Positions 11,250-20,572 of a stretch of 64,000 nucleotides of DNA are shown here, in pieces. Origin of the DNA: Bacillota bacterium. Lineage in GTDB: Bacteria; Bacillota; Clostridia; Saccharofermentanales; DTU023. The DNA lies in contig JAEWER010000037.1 in assembly GCA_023389255.1 (NCBI GenBank), positions 1,833 through 65,832 on the forward strand. The letters are read 5' to 3'. A program made the position numbers and the translations under genes. The notes beneath the pieces are model-generated. The model had not been told where the DNA came from. It ran no database searches and was given only the letters and a program-made list of their open reading frames with translations. Numbering within the stretch: the stretch's first letter is position 1; each line of letters begins with the position of its first letter.

Positions 11250-14200
11250 TTAGCGCTTAGTTTGTTTTTTGCGAACCACTACAGCTAGACCTGCTAGGGC
11301 GATCAATACAGTAAGTAATCCAGTTGCACCTGCTACCTCACCCGTTCTCGGTACAATGCTATTCACAATGTTTTGAACTTGGCTCGGCATGACTACATTC
11401 TCTGTTCTGCTGGGCACGGGTTCTGCAATCTTGCTGTAGACCAACTTGATCACTTGCTCACCCTTGACTACTTTGCCCTTGAGCGGTGCAGAATCATCTG
11501 CCAACTTCTCGTACTTGTAACCATCGATGGTGATGGGTTCGTAGCTGTACTCTGTGCCTACTGCGACATCAGTGAATACTACTTGTCTCTCGACATCTGG
11601 GATTGCCTTACCATCTTCATCCACAAACTCAACTGTTACGCTACCACGCTCTAAGTCGGTGAATAAGGTGAATACAGTAGGCTCAGTAATCTTATGTGCT
11701 AGTACTTCTTCATCTGTGAGTTTGTCCTCACCACCTGCGATGCTCCAATGGCTGAAGTAATAGACATCAGGTTGCAACAAGTCGAACTCAGGCAGTGCCA
11801 CTTTCATCTCATCAAAGAATTCACCATCTTTGAGGCTGGTTCCTTCCTTGACAAAGTACTCAGGAACATCACCCTTGAATGCCACTTTGTCTTGTTGCTC
11901 TAACGGTACCTCGAAGCTCACCTTGTGATAAGTATCGACTAGGATCTTCACTTCTACATTCGGATCGACAAACTCATAGTTCAGCGGATCGATTACGGTA
12001 TATCCATCTGGACCAACCACTGCAAAGTCTGTTGCTTTGTACTTGTGCAGACCGTCTGTTCCATCAGTATTCAAGATAGGCAAGTCTGACGGATCAGCGA
12101 TAGGCTCACCGTAGAGTACAGTGACTTCGCGCTCGTTGGGTACCTCAGCATTGCTGGGGTTAGTAAATGTATTGATATCTGTCTTGAACTTGATGCGGAC
12201 AGTGCTGTCATAAGTCAGCTGACTGTCGCTCAAGGTACTTTCAACCGCTCCCATGGAGTTACGTTCAACACGTACTTTTAATAACTTGCCGTGGAATTGA
12301 CGGATCAGGTTAGACGGAATATCAAACACGACTTTACCGTCAACCACTTTACCGATAATCGCATCGGGTGTTGGTGTTGAGGTGCTGTAAACAATCTCAG
12401 ACACCAGCGTTGCTTCTGCTTCTGTTTCAGTCGTAGTGGCTGTATTAGCATTGCTATTTACAGCAGGCTTTTCGTTAGTTTCAGCAGAAGTTGATGCATT
12501 GTTAGTTTCTGGGCTGTTAGCCGGTTGCTCTGTGCTGTTAGCCGGTTGCTCTGTGCTGTTAGCGCTTTCATTGCTTGCTACAACACCAGAACCATTTTCG
12601 GCAGGTTGTGCCCCTACTTCACCAGCTACATTTTCTGCGCCAACTTCATTGGTTGTATCAGCCTCATTTTCCGTACCATTCTCTGTATTAGAAACTGAAC
12701 TGTTAGACGTATCAGCGCTATTTTCGTCTGTTGCGGGTTGAGCGTTAGCGTTGCTTTCAGTAGCATCGCTCTCGGCATGGTTGCTCTCAGCTACATTTTC
12801 GCTGGGCTGATTTACTGCTTCATTGCCTGTTGTAGCGTTATCTTCAGAAGCTACTAGCTTATTCTCAGCAGATTTATCACTGGTCTCGGTATTGGTTGCG
12901 GGTTTAGCTTCAGTCGGCTTTTCTGCTTCAGGTTTATTCACTACGTTTGTAGCACCAGAAGTCTTCCAAACATGACCAACTTCACCACCAGTATTGCTCA
13001 GATCTTCAACTGCGATCGGGCTACCATCAACACTGCTCAGCTTATTTCCATTTTCATCTGTCAGATAGTAGATAACGCTACCTTGTTCAGCTGCACTGGT
13101 ATTGAACCAGCTATCGGGCAATTCAGCGGTCACTTTGAAACCATCTTGCCCCAAATTCTTCGCATAGGGCAGATATGTTGCAACGAAGAGCATGTCGTGA
13201 TCAATCACTTTATCACCACGCATCAGTTTACTAGTCTCGTTATCTAACCACAGCGTACCCTTAAATTCTTCATACTCACTGATCAAAGGTTTGACCAGAT
13301 CGCTGGTTAACTTAGCAGCTTTCTTCTTGACGTAGTACTTAACTGTATTGCTATTCACTGCTTCACCAAATTCACCAGCATCAAATAGCACTGTTACGTA
13401 GCCAGCTGGGCGACTCTCAACGTCCTCGGCAGGAATAATATCGTCTTGATCTACGTGGTAGAAGAATGTTACTGGCTGATTGATGGGGTAAGCTTTGACA
13501 CCGGCATCGTCCAATTCCTCTGTCCCCTGGTTGGCTTGCCACTTCAGGAAGTGGTAGTTACCAACAGGTGAGATAGAGGCAATTTTATTGGTGCCTAAGT
13601 TGCTACCGTGCTCAATGTAGTAGACAGGTACTTGATCATCGTATCTAGCGTAATCGTTAGATGACTCAGCAATGGCAAATGTGACCTTGTGGAAAGTTTT
13701 GTTATTAACTGTCACGTGGTTAGTTTTTGCCACAAACTGATGTGCTGTCGGATTAAAGTCTTCGCTGTCTTCTGTGCTGTAACCTGTTTGTTCATAACGG
13801 TTGTTGTCTTCAGCATCCTTGGTGATGATGGTGGGCAACTCATTCTTATCGACGCTTGCGCCATACATCACTTTAACCACTCTCTTCTTAGGAGATTTAG
13901 AATCGTTACCATTGGTCAAGGAAACTTTTGCTTCAAAGACTACTTCAACCATGCTGTCATAAGTGACGCCTGTGGTGCTAATAGTATTTTCATCGTCACC
14001 ACGTGCCACCATGACATGCAAATCTTTACCATTCAACTTTTCAATCACGTTCGGCTGAGTGCCAGTAGGAATTTCAAAGGTGATGGTATTGTCTTCTCCA
14101 ATCTTGCCTGTAATAGCCTTTTGCGGATCTAAGTCCCTGGTCAGAGTGCCATCTTTGCTGACGTAGTAGGTTACAGGTGTGCCGTTTTCATCACCCTGCA

Positions 14201-17200
14201 CAACAAGGTATGATCCCAGACCATTTCTCTCGTCATCACCTAAGCTATTAGGCAATTTGGCGGTGATGTTGAAACCATCCTCTTCTTGTTCTACCTCTGT
14301 TGCAACTGGCAGATACTTAGCGGTGATGGTGTAAGGCTTGTTTTCATCCTGGATCAGCTCGCTCAATTTGCTTGCTTCCTTAATCACAACATCCTTAGCA
14401 TCCACCCATGAAGTATGCACATAATTGCTTTCAGGTTCTAAATTCGCCTTAGCATCAAAACGCTTGATCAGATCACCAGCGGTCAGTACAGAATTACGGA
14501 TACGTACTAAGAAGACAAAATCAGCGTCTTTTTTAATCTTGCCGTGTTCACCTGCATCGAAGACCACAGTGTAATAACCAGGTTTGGTTACTCTCGGATC
14601 TTTACCAGGAATGACCTCAGGACCATTTGCATAAGATGCGTTAAAGGTCAGATTTACATTTTGAATTACGGTTTCTTCTGGTACCGGACTCCACTTATCA
14701 AACACTTGTCCGTTAGGAGCATTGGGTTCGCTTACAGCTAATTGTGAAGCCTTGATGTTCTTGTTTTTAGCTACCCAGAATTTCTTCTGTTTGACGTTGT
14801 TAGCAAACGAACCGTCCTTAGCATCAAAGATGACTTCGACGTAACCGAAGGGAGGTGTGGTACCCTCTGGATCAGGGATAATGTTCTCACTCTCGACGTA
14901 CAGATAAATATCTGTGTTGTCATTGATCGTTATTGCCGGCACCTCAGTAGCTGATTCGTACTTGGTTGTGCCATTGTCTGCTGACCAGTAGGCGAACTCA
15001 AAGACATCATGTGCCATGGTGGCACTAGGCATCGTGATGGGGTTACCATCAAAGGTTTCGTTCTCATCTAAGTCCGTGGTTTCTTTGACATAGTACTCTG
15101 TGGTACCAGTTAAACTTGCTTGTTCACTATGTTTAGGCAGGAAGCGCACGCGGTAGTAGGTATCGAAGTTAACCATGATCTGCTCCACTTTATCGGGAGA
15201 GGTTGCGGTGAACTCTTTGCCTAGCAGTGCATCTTTAGCCAATTTCTTTTCCGTCTTGTAATCGTAGCTTGCGATCTTGTACTTAGCATGTGTGGTTGCA
15301 TCTGCCACATCGCTGATGGTGGGCAGATCACCCTGCTGCAAGCTTGAACCATAGACCACGTTCACAGTTTTGAGTTTAGCGTTAGCCCCTGTCTTATCAT
15401 CACCATTGGTAAAGTCACGAACTTGGGATACGAACTGCACCTTGACAGTACCTACATACGTAAAGTCAGTAGCGCTGGAGGTGGTGTATTCGCCTTTCTC
15501 AATGCGTACTTTCATGGTTTTACCGTTGAGAACTGCCACATCATCAGGCTTGATATTAAAGACAACGCCGTCCTTAGTAATCTCGCCAGTAATGGGTGTA
15601 CCATCGCTACCTTTGACGATGACAGGCTGGTTATTCTCATTTTGCTCGGTCAGGAAGACTTCGTAAGAAGCATAATCGCTTTCTTGTAAGTCTTCGGGCA
15701 ATTTAGCCGTGATATTCCATGTTTTATTGCCGTCAGCATCAGTTGCTTGTGCAGGTGCGCTGGCAACAGGAATGTAATCGGCAACCAGAGTTGTTTTAGA
15801 CTCAGTGATAGCTGCTGTGCTCTCAGCTAGCTTAATTGGTTGACCATCTTTTAACCAAGTGGTGAACTCATATCCTGCGGTTTGATTATCTGCATACTTG
15901 TTCGGGACTGGTGTTGGTGCATACCCTTTGATGTCGTTAAGTGACTTGCTGACGTCATCTCTCAAATGCACAACATTTTGTGTGTTAGGTGCAAAGGTAC
16001 CGTACTTGCCAGAGTTAAACACAACTCTCTTGTCGTAACCCGGCAACTCTTCGTCTTGATCACCAGTTTGAATTTCAGGCATATCACCAAAGATAGCATT
16101 TACAGCATCATTACCTGTGAAATCTTTATCGATTACAGTTGTATCTGCAACACTGTATCGGTTAAATACATACCCTGGTTTGGCGGTCGGATTTTCTACG
16201 CCTAACTCATTCAACTTCTTAGTTGCTGTTTTTAGTACCCAAACTTTGCGCTCTTGTACTTGAGCTTGGTTGAGAGTCCAATAACCCTTAGTGGCATCGG
16301 CCTTAAACACTACTTCATAGAAGTCGTTAGGCTTGGAACCATTAGGATCTAAGACGACTTCTTTAGGTAAGAATCTCACATCGTATTGCACTGGACCAGT
16401 AACTGTTTCTTTGTCCATATCAGCAACTTTGACACCGTTCTTAGCAAAGCCATCAGCTGCATAAACCTTTGCATCGTTCTCTTGAATCGTGGGAACTGTC
16501 AAGCTACCACCATCAAATAGTGGAGCCTTATTAACATTGCTTCCCTTAAGGGCGTAGTAGACAAGGCTTGAATCGCTTTTGTTTTCGAAACTACCTTTGT
16601 TGCTATCAACAACAAACTTAACCTTGGAATAGGTGTCATAAGCTACTGCAATCGCTACCTGTCGCTCAGTCTGTTTATCGTTATTGACATCAACAGCCGT
16701 ATTGCCATTCATGTAAGGGTTGGTGCTGCTCAATTTGTACTTGTTATCTGGTTCTGTGCCTTCGTCAGACTCCTTAATTGTGGGCAAACTACCGCTTAAG
16801 GTTGAGCCATAATCAATTGCAACCGACTTCTGTTCATTATTACCAGCATCACCGTCAGTAAATTGTGAAGCATTGGTGCTGTAGACTACGTGAACTTTGC
16901 CATCATAGGCAACATTCATTGGATTACTCACGGCTTGATCGCCCAATGAGTTCTCCGAAATGGCCTTGAGATTTTTACCATCTAAATTCTTGATGGTAGG
17001 ATTGCCCGTGTTGGGTATCTCTGTAGGAATTGTGAACTTAACAGTTTTGCTTGCCAAATCAACTGTACCTGTTAAATATTCTTGATCGGCACTGGGTGAG
17101 GTAACTGGCATGCCATCTTTTCCTAATCTATTGCCACTGTCATCGGTGAGATAAAAAGTGACACCAGCCAAATCTTCTTCTGTTACGTCGCTTGGAAGTG

Positions 17201-20200
17201 TGGAAACAATATTCCAACCATTAGTAGTACCTGCGACATAGTCTTCTTGTCTAACTGACTGCAAGATGGGTAAGAAACTAGCCGTAAACACCGTATCAGC
17301 AGTAAAGTTAGCACCACTTTCACCAAAAGTCATTTGGTTATGATCTGTCGTATCTTGTGTAGGATCGTAAAACTTAGTTTGACCTCCGACTTTGTAGGTC
17401 CACTTGTCTGTTTTCTGATAATTCGTTTCTTGCCCAGCTTTGGCACTAACTTGAGGCTTAACTATATCCTTATTACCTAATTGAACAAGTGGATTAGCTT
17501 TTTTATTGATGAAGTATGCTGTTACTTGATCTTTACCGTCTACTAGTTTAAATTCTCCATGATCACTAGGTAGGAAGCTCACTTCTAGGTATTTATCAGG
17601 ATCAGGATTTTCCATCTCTCCTACTTTAGGAATAACATCGCTTTGCAGAATGTATTCAACATCTAAAGTACGTCTGCTTTTCATGAGCAACGATGAATAT
17701 CCTTTCATGGCTTCATCATTTAATCTGCGCTCATATATTTCTTTCGTTCCGTCAGCATTAATAACTTCAAGTTTCTTAGGTACGATAGAATCTTTGTCTG
17801 CTTTATCTACTTCTGCCGCTAAAATATTGACACTTGCGCCGATAACAGAGTTAAAACCATACACAGCTCTAGCTTTGCCGGTGTCGGTAGCAGACTTCTT
17901 TAAAATGTGTCTTACAGCAAACTGTGTACCGTCTGTGTTTTCATCATCGCTGTAAACAGCTTGCAAAGTAAATGTATCAATCAGACGATTACCATGCTTA
18001 TCTGAGATGCGCAAGACAGCTCCTTCACTGCCATTAGCATTTATTTGATGCAGAGTTCTGATGTCCACCTCTTGACCAGGTAGCAATCTATACCCAGTGT
18101 CTGTAATTTGTTCACCATTTTCTACATCTAGTTTCCAGTGTAAAAAGGTATGACCTTGCTTTACGGGTTTACCTAAAGGCACACGAATAATAGGGTTACC
18201 TTCAACGTTCAAAAGATATCTGCCGTAATCTTTTGGGTTTTCAACCACGGTGTTTCTTTGTGGCATTTCCACCCCTGATGGTGCTGAACCCCCATCTAAA
18301 TCGAAGCCTAATGGCGTCTGTAATAATCTAGACTGAATACCAACAACATTCATGCCACCATAACGCACATGTTTGTTGTCTCCATCCGTAAAGCTTGAAC
18401 CCCAAGCAAAGATGGGGAATTCACCATAGAAACCATAATTAGGTGCCTGCGATTCATTCGGTTTCAATTGAGGCCATGCCTCAACACCGTGAATAGGCGA
18501 CACCGTGTCATCACTAAAGAACGGTGCACCATAACCATTTTTAACATTGCCACGCAACTTAATTTTGGGATCAGCAGCTTCATAAATTCCTGGTCTACCA
18601 CCTGATAGACCTTCCTTAACTAAGGCAGGTCCATCAATCCAAGCGCTACCACCAGCATCAAGCCATTTCAGTTGAGGGTTATGGCTACCATCAGCTTCAT
18701 TTATTTTGGAAGCATGAACTTGCACATCTTCTATACCGTAATTGTTATACAGTCCAACCTTGGTCAAGTTGGTAGTTGCCCATTCCGTATCCACATTAAT
18801 ACTTGTTGGTACGTTTTCAATTTTTATATTGTAAGCGAGGCGCATGGAGTTGAAATAACCTTCCCTACCACCCCAATCGTTGTGATAACTGCCTGATTGG
18901 TTACCCGGAACAATCTCACCATTGTTGTATGTCCAACTCAACAAATTGCCTTGGTAATTCGAAGGTTTAGCATCCATAATCTGAATACTAACTTTAGCTC
19001 CAGCCAAGGGACCATGTTCAATGGTAATTTCATTCTTTTGATTTATTACCTTTTGCTGGATCTGACTGTTATACCACTTCAAGAAACCTTGATCATGATT
19101 GTCCTTACCATACGCATGCCAATAGGGATCCCAACCTTCACCTTGTGCAAAAGCACTGACAATACCCGGATAGGCTTTGTACTTATAACCTCTATTCCCA
19201 TCATATCGGGGTCTACCTAGTAGGTTAGGGTCTTCTTGAGGATAAACAGATGGACCAAAGCGACCAAAAGGTTGTGGTGCACCAACTACAGTAGCGCTAG
19301 CTCCTTTGTCAGACGAAAACCATACAGCACCCAACAATGACATGATATTGCCAAAAGCATTTTCGTCTACACGGTCATGGTATGCCTTAATATTAACCGT
19401 ATCACCAAAACGGTAGTTTTGTTGCGAAGAATCAATTGCTACTTTGGTATCTCTGTATTGGAAGTTCTTGCCATTACCACGATTCCAGTCATGAGAATTG
19501 CCACTGACATCTCTAATTGTCAACGTTCCTTTGTCTCTAGCAGATAAACGCACTGCAACTTTTTTGCCTTCGTTGACTGTTAATTTGTAACGCAATACCG
19601 TTCTATCAGGAGAAGAAATATCTTCTAATACCTCAACTTGTGCATTTTGTGTACCACTTGCATCGATAGCAACAAGAGGTTCATAGTCACGTCTAACTGA
19701 AACAGTAAAACTAGCTATGGCATGACCATTCTTAAATTCTGCATAATCTGGACCTTGATAGGCAAGACTGCCATGGTTCTCTACTACATATGAAATAGGC
19801 ACAATGCTAGCTGTGGGATAATATTCAAAATAAATTCGGTTAGTTACACCTTCGGATTTACTGTAAGGATAAGAGTGTTCAACTTTCTCCTCTACAACAT
19901 TTCCCTGTTCATTCAATTCTTTTATGTTGAAGAAAACTCGATCAGATGTTTGGGGTTGCGAGTTTGAATCTAATACTAATGAACCATCTGAGTTATATTC
20001 CTTAACATTACGCAACTCAGCCTTAGTAATCTCCAGCTTATTAGCATTAGCAGGTTTGAGATTATCAATTATATAAGCACGAATAAACTCATATCCTGGG
20101 ATTACCGGTGCAGTTTTCGCATTGATAACTCCACCCTTGAACTCAACAGAGCTCATTGAGGATAAAGTTGTCTCACCATCAATAGTTCGAATTTTAAGGC

Positions 20201-20318
20201 CAACCCTAATTGGTTGAGTCAACTCTTCTGCCCACAATTGCTTGGGTAAATCAAACCAGAAACTAGCAACAAGTAAAACTGCTAGACAAATGGCTACAAC
20301 TCTTCGTGTTTTCTTCAT
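11250..20318 (-). CDS. Giant cell-wall-anchored surface protein (3,022 aa) with signal peptide, Flg_new/Listeria-Bacteroides-type repeats, a MucBP domain and an LPXTG-like anchor
   Basis: Single uninterrupted ORF. ATG at 20318 is preceded by AAGGAGAA; the track start at 20339 is a TTG. Signal peptide MKKTRRVVAICLAVLLVASFWF. C-terminal VPRTG + hydrophobic helix + RKKQTKR. Confidence 0.9.
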   Translation of the reverse strand: MKKTRRVVAICLAVLLVASFWFDLPKQLWAEELTQPIRVGLKIRTIDGETTLSSMSSVEFKGGVINAKTAPVIPGYEFIRAYIIDNLKPANANKLEITKAELRNVKEYNSDGSLVLDSNSQPQTSDRVFFNIKELNEQGNVVEEKVEHSYPYSKSEGVTNRIYFEYYPTASIVPISYVVENHGSLAYQGPDYAEFKNGHAIASFTVSVRRDYEPLVAIDASGTQNAQVEVLEDISSPDRTVLRYKLTVNEGKKVAVRLSARDKGTLTIRDVSGNSHDWNRGNGKNFQYRDTKVAIDSSQQNYRFGDTVNIKAYHDRVDENAFGNIMSLLGAVWFSSDKGASATVVGAPQPFGRFGPSVYPQEDPNLLGRPRYDGNRGYKYKAYPGIVSAFAQGEGWDPYWHAYGKDNHDQGFLKWYNSQIQQKVINQKNEITIEHGPLAGAKVSIQIMDAKPSNYQGNLLSWTYNNGEIVPGNQSGSYHNDWGGREGYFNSMRLAYNIKIENVPTSINVDTEWATTNLTKVGLYNNYGIEDVQVHASKINEADGSHNPQLKWLDAGGSAWIDGPALVKEGLSGGRPGIYEAADPKIKLRGNVKNGYGAPFFSDDTVSPIHGVEAWPQLKPNESQAPNYGFYGEFPIFAWGSSFTDGDNKHVRYGGMNVVGIQSRLLQTPLGFDLDGGSAPSGVEMPQRNTVVENPKDYGRYLLNVEGNPIIRVPLGKPVKQGHTFLHWKLDVENGEQITDTGYRLLPGQEVDIRTLHQINANGSEGAVLRISDKHGNRLIDTFTLQAVYSDDENTDGTQFAVRHILKKSATDTGKARAVYGFNSVIGASVNILAAEVDKADKDSIVPKKLEVINADGTKEIYERRLNDEAMKGYSSLLMKSRRTLDVEYILQSDVIPKVGEMENPDPDKYLEVSFLPSDHGEFKLVDGKDQVTAYFINKKANPLVQLGNKDIVKPQVSAKAGQETNYQKTDKWTYKVGGQTKFYDPTQDTTDHNQMTFGESGANFTADTVFTASFLPILQSVRQEDYVAGTTNGWNIVSTLPSDVTEEDLAGVTFYLTDDSGNRLGKDGMPVTSPSADQEYLTGTVDLASKTVKFTIPTEIPNTGNPTIKNLDGKNLKAISENSLGDQAVSNPMNVAYDGKVHVVYSTNASQFTDGDAGNNEQKSVAIDYGSTLSGSLPTIKESDEGTEPDNKYKLSSTNPYMNGNTAVDVNNDKQTERQVAIAVAYDTYSKVKFVVDSNKGSFENKSDSSLVYYALKGSNVNKAPLFDGGSLTVPTIQENDAKVYAADGFAKNGVKVADMDKETVTGPVQYDVRFLPKEVVLDPNGSKPNDFYEVVFKADATKGYWTLNQAQVQERKVWVLKTATKKLNELGVENPTAKPGYVFNRYSVADTTVIDKDFTGNDAVNAIFGDMPEIQTGDQDEELPGYDKRVVFNSGKYGTFAPNTQNVVHLRDDVSKSLNDIKGYAPTPVPNKYADNQTAGYEFTTWLKDGQPIKLAESTAAITESKTTLVADYIPVASAPAQATDADGNKTWNITAKLPEDLQESDYASYEVFLTEQNENNQPVIVKGSDGTPITGEITKDGVVFNIKPDDVAVLNGKTMKVRIEKGEYTTSSATDFTYVGTVKVQFVSQVRDFTNGDDKTGANAKLKTVNVVYGSSLQQGDLPTISDVADATTHAKYKIASYDYKTEKKLAKDALLGKEFTATSPDKVEQIMVNFDTYYRVRFLPKHSEQASLTGTTEYYVKETTDLDENETFDGNPITMPSATMAHDVFEFAYWSADNGTTKYESATEVPAITINDNTDIYLYVESENIIPDPEGTTPPFGYVEVIFDAKDGSFANNVKQKKFWVAKNKNIKASQLAVSEPNAPNGQVFDKWSPVPEETVIQNVNLTFNASYANGPEVIPGKDPRVTKPGYYTVVFDAGEHGKIKKDADFVFLVRIRNSVLTAGDLIKRFDAKANLEPESNYVHTSWVDAKDVVIKEASKLSELIQDENKPYTITAKYLPVATEVEQEEDGFNITAKLPNSLGDDERNGLGSYLVVQGDENGTPVTYYVSKDGTLTRDLDPQKAITGKIGEDNTITFEIPTGTQPNVIEKLNGKDLHVMVARGDDENTISTTGVTYDSMVEVVFEAKVSLTNGNDSKSPKKRVVKVMYGASVDKNELPTIITKDAEDNNRYEQTGYSTEDSEDFNPTAHQFVAKTNHVTVNNKTFHKVTFAIAESSNDYARYDDQVPVYYIEHGSNLGTNKIASISPVGNYHFLKWQANQGTEELDDAGVKAYPINQPVTFFYHVDQDDIIPAEDVESRPAGYVTVLFDAGEFGEAVNSNTVKYYVKKKAAKLTSDLVKPLISEYEEFKGTLWLDNETSKLMRGDKVIDHDMLFVATYLPYAKNLGQDGFKVTAELPDSWFNTSAAEQGSVIYYLTDENGNKLSSVDGSPIAVEDLSNTGGEVGHVWKTSGATNVVNKPEAEKPTEAKPATNTETSDKSAENKLVASEDNATTGNEAVNQPSENVAESNHAESDATESNANAQPATDENSADTSNSSVSNTENGTENEADTTNEVGAENVAGEVGAQPAENGSGVVASNESANSTEQPANSTEQPANSPETNNASTSAETNEKPAVNSNANTATTTETEAEATLVSEIVYSTSTPTPDAIIGKVVDGKVVFDIPSNLIRQFHGKLLKVRVERNSMGAVESTLSDSQLTYDSTVRIKFKTDINTFTNPSNAEVPNEREVTVLYGEPIADPSDLPILNTDGTDGLHKYKATDFAVVGPDGYTVIDPLNYEFVDPNVEVKILVDTYHKVSFEVPLEQQDKVAFKGDVPEYFVKEGTSLKDGEFFDEMKVALPEFDLLQPDVYYFSHWSIAGGEDKLTDEEVLAHKITEPTVFTLFTDLERGSVTVEFVDEDGKAIPDVERQVVFTDVAVGTEYSYEPITIDGYKYEKLADDSAPLKGKVVKGEQVIKLVYSKIAEPVPSRTENVVMPSQVQNIVNSIVPRTGEVAGATGLLTVLIALAGLAVVVRKKQTKR
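11253..11354 (-). other. Sortase sorting signal (VPRTG variant of LPXTG, TM helix, basic tail)
   Basis: IVPRTGEVAGATGLLTVLIALAGLAVVVRKKQTKR at the extreme C-terminus. Confidence 0.8.
11445..11645 (-). other. MucBP-like domain
   Basis: GSVTVEFVDEDGKAIPDVERQVVFTDVAVGTEYSYEPITIDGYKYEKLADDSAPLKGKVVKGEQVIKLVYSK matches the MucBP pattern (vtv.YvdedGk...G..y....i.GY.l......G.......v.YvY.k). Confidence 0.7.
12411..12938 (-). repeat. 176-aa low-complexity (N/S/T/E/A-rich, acidic) segment inserted in super-repeat 4
   Basis: NKPEAEKPTEAKPATNTETSDKSAENK...NSNANTATTTETEAEA lies between VGHVWKTSGATNVV and TLVSEIVYSTSTP. The other three units have no equivalent segment at this point. Confidence 0.8.
12513..12563. 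repeat. 21-bp perfect tandem repeat (2.4 copies)
   Basis: GCTGTTAGCCGGTTGCTCTGT occurs at 12513..12533 and 12534..12554, then a partial copy. It encodes the ANSTEQP heptad repeats. Confidence 0.9.
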
Positions 20319-20397
20319 ACAATTCTCCTTCAGGCACAACTTTCCAAAGTGAGAATCATTTTATTCTTTTAGCTACTGGTCACATAAGTAAATTTCG

Positions 20398-20411
20398 AAA
20401 AAAAAAAAAAA
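20398..20411. repeat. A14/T14 homopolymer upstream of the giant gene
   Basis: 14 consecutive A on the plus strand (T14 on the coding strand), 80 nt upstream of the ATG at 20318. Confidence 0.95.
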
Positions 20412-20523
20412 TAAGCATTGTTTGTAACTTAAGGAACTTTTGTCTTGCAAAATTTATCCGTAGGCAAGCATATCAAAAAACATGTGATTTGGATTATCGC
20501 ATAAGATGCTGGATAACTTAAGT

Positions 20524-20549
20524 AAAAAAAAGAGGGGGCATTCCCCCTC
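20524..20549 (-). terminator. Intrinsic terminator immediately after secY
   Basis: GAGGGGG-AATG-CCCCCTC followed by T8 on the minus strand, 23 nt after the secY stop. Confidence 0.85.
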
Positions 20550-20572
20550 GTGCGAATATAAATTTGTGTTAA

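Larger units (their letters stand above)
11646..17216 (-). repeat. Four divergent protein super-repeats (about 380-500 aa each) inside the giant gene
   Basis: Each unit opens with (W/F)(N/K)(I/V)(T/V)(A/S)x(L)P: GWNIVSTLPSD at nt 17216, TWNITAKLPEDL at 15719, FNITAKLPNSL at 14273, FKVTAELPDSW at 13139. Each continues with the same order of sub-blocks (...LNGK.(L/M).V.(V/I).(K/R)..., a ...VxF... beta-block, LPTI, then F.(F/H).W-type Flg_new repeats). Confidence 0.7.

Noticed and set aside
12513-12563. The tandem 21-bp repeats as a CRISPR-like or other non-coding repeat array
   Set aside because: The repeats are contiguous with no spacers, in frame, and lie inside a long ORF where they encode ANSTEQP heptads. 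This is a coding microsatellite, not a CRISPR array.
9195-20572. Mobile-element hallmarks (transposase, integrase, IS ends, target-site duplications) around the adhesin gene and the PTS island
   Set aside because: No such genes appear in any frame, and I could see no flanking direct or inverted repeats by eye. A sensitive repeat search was not possible here, so short duplications could have been missed.
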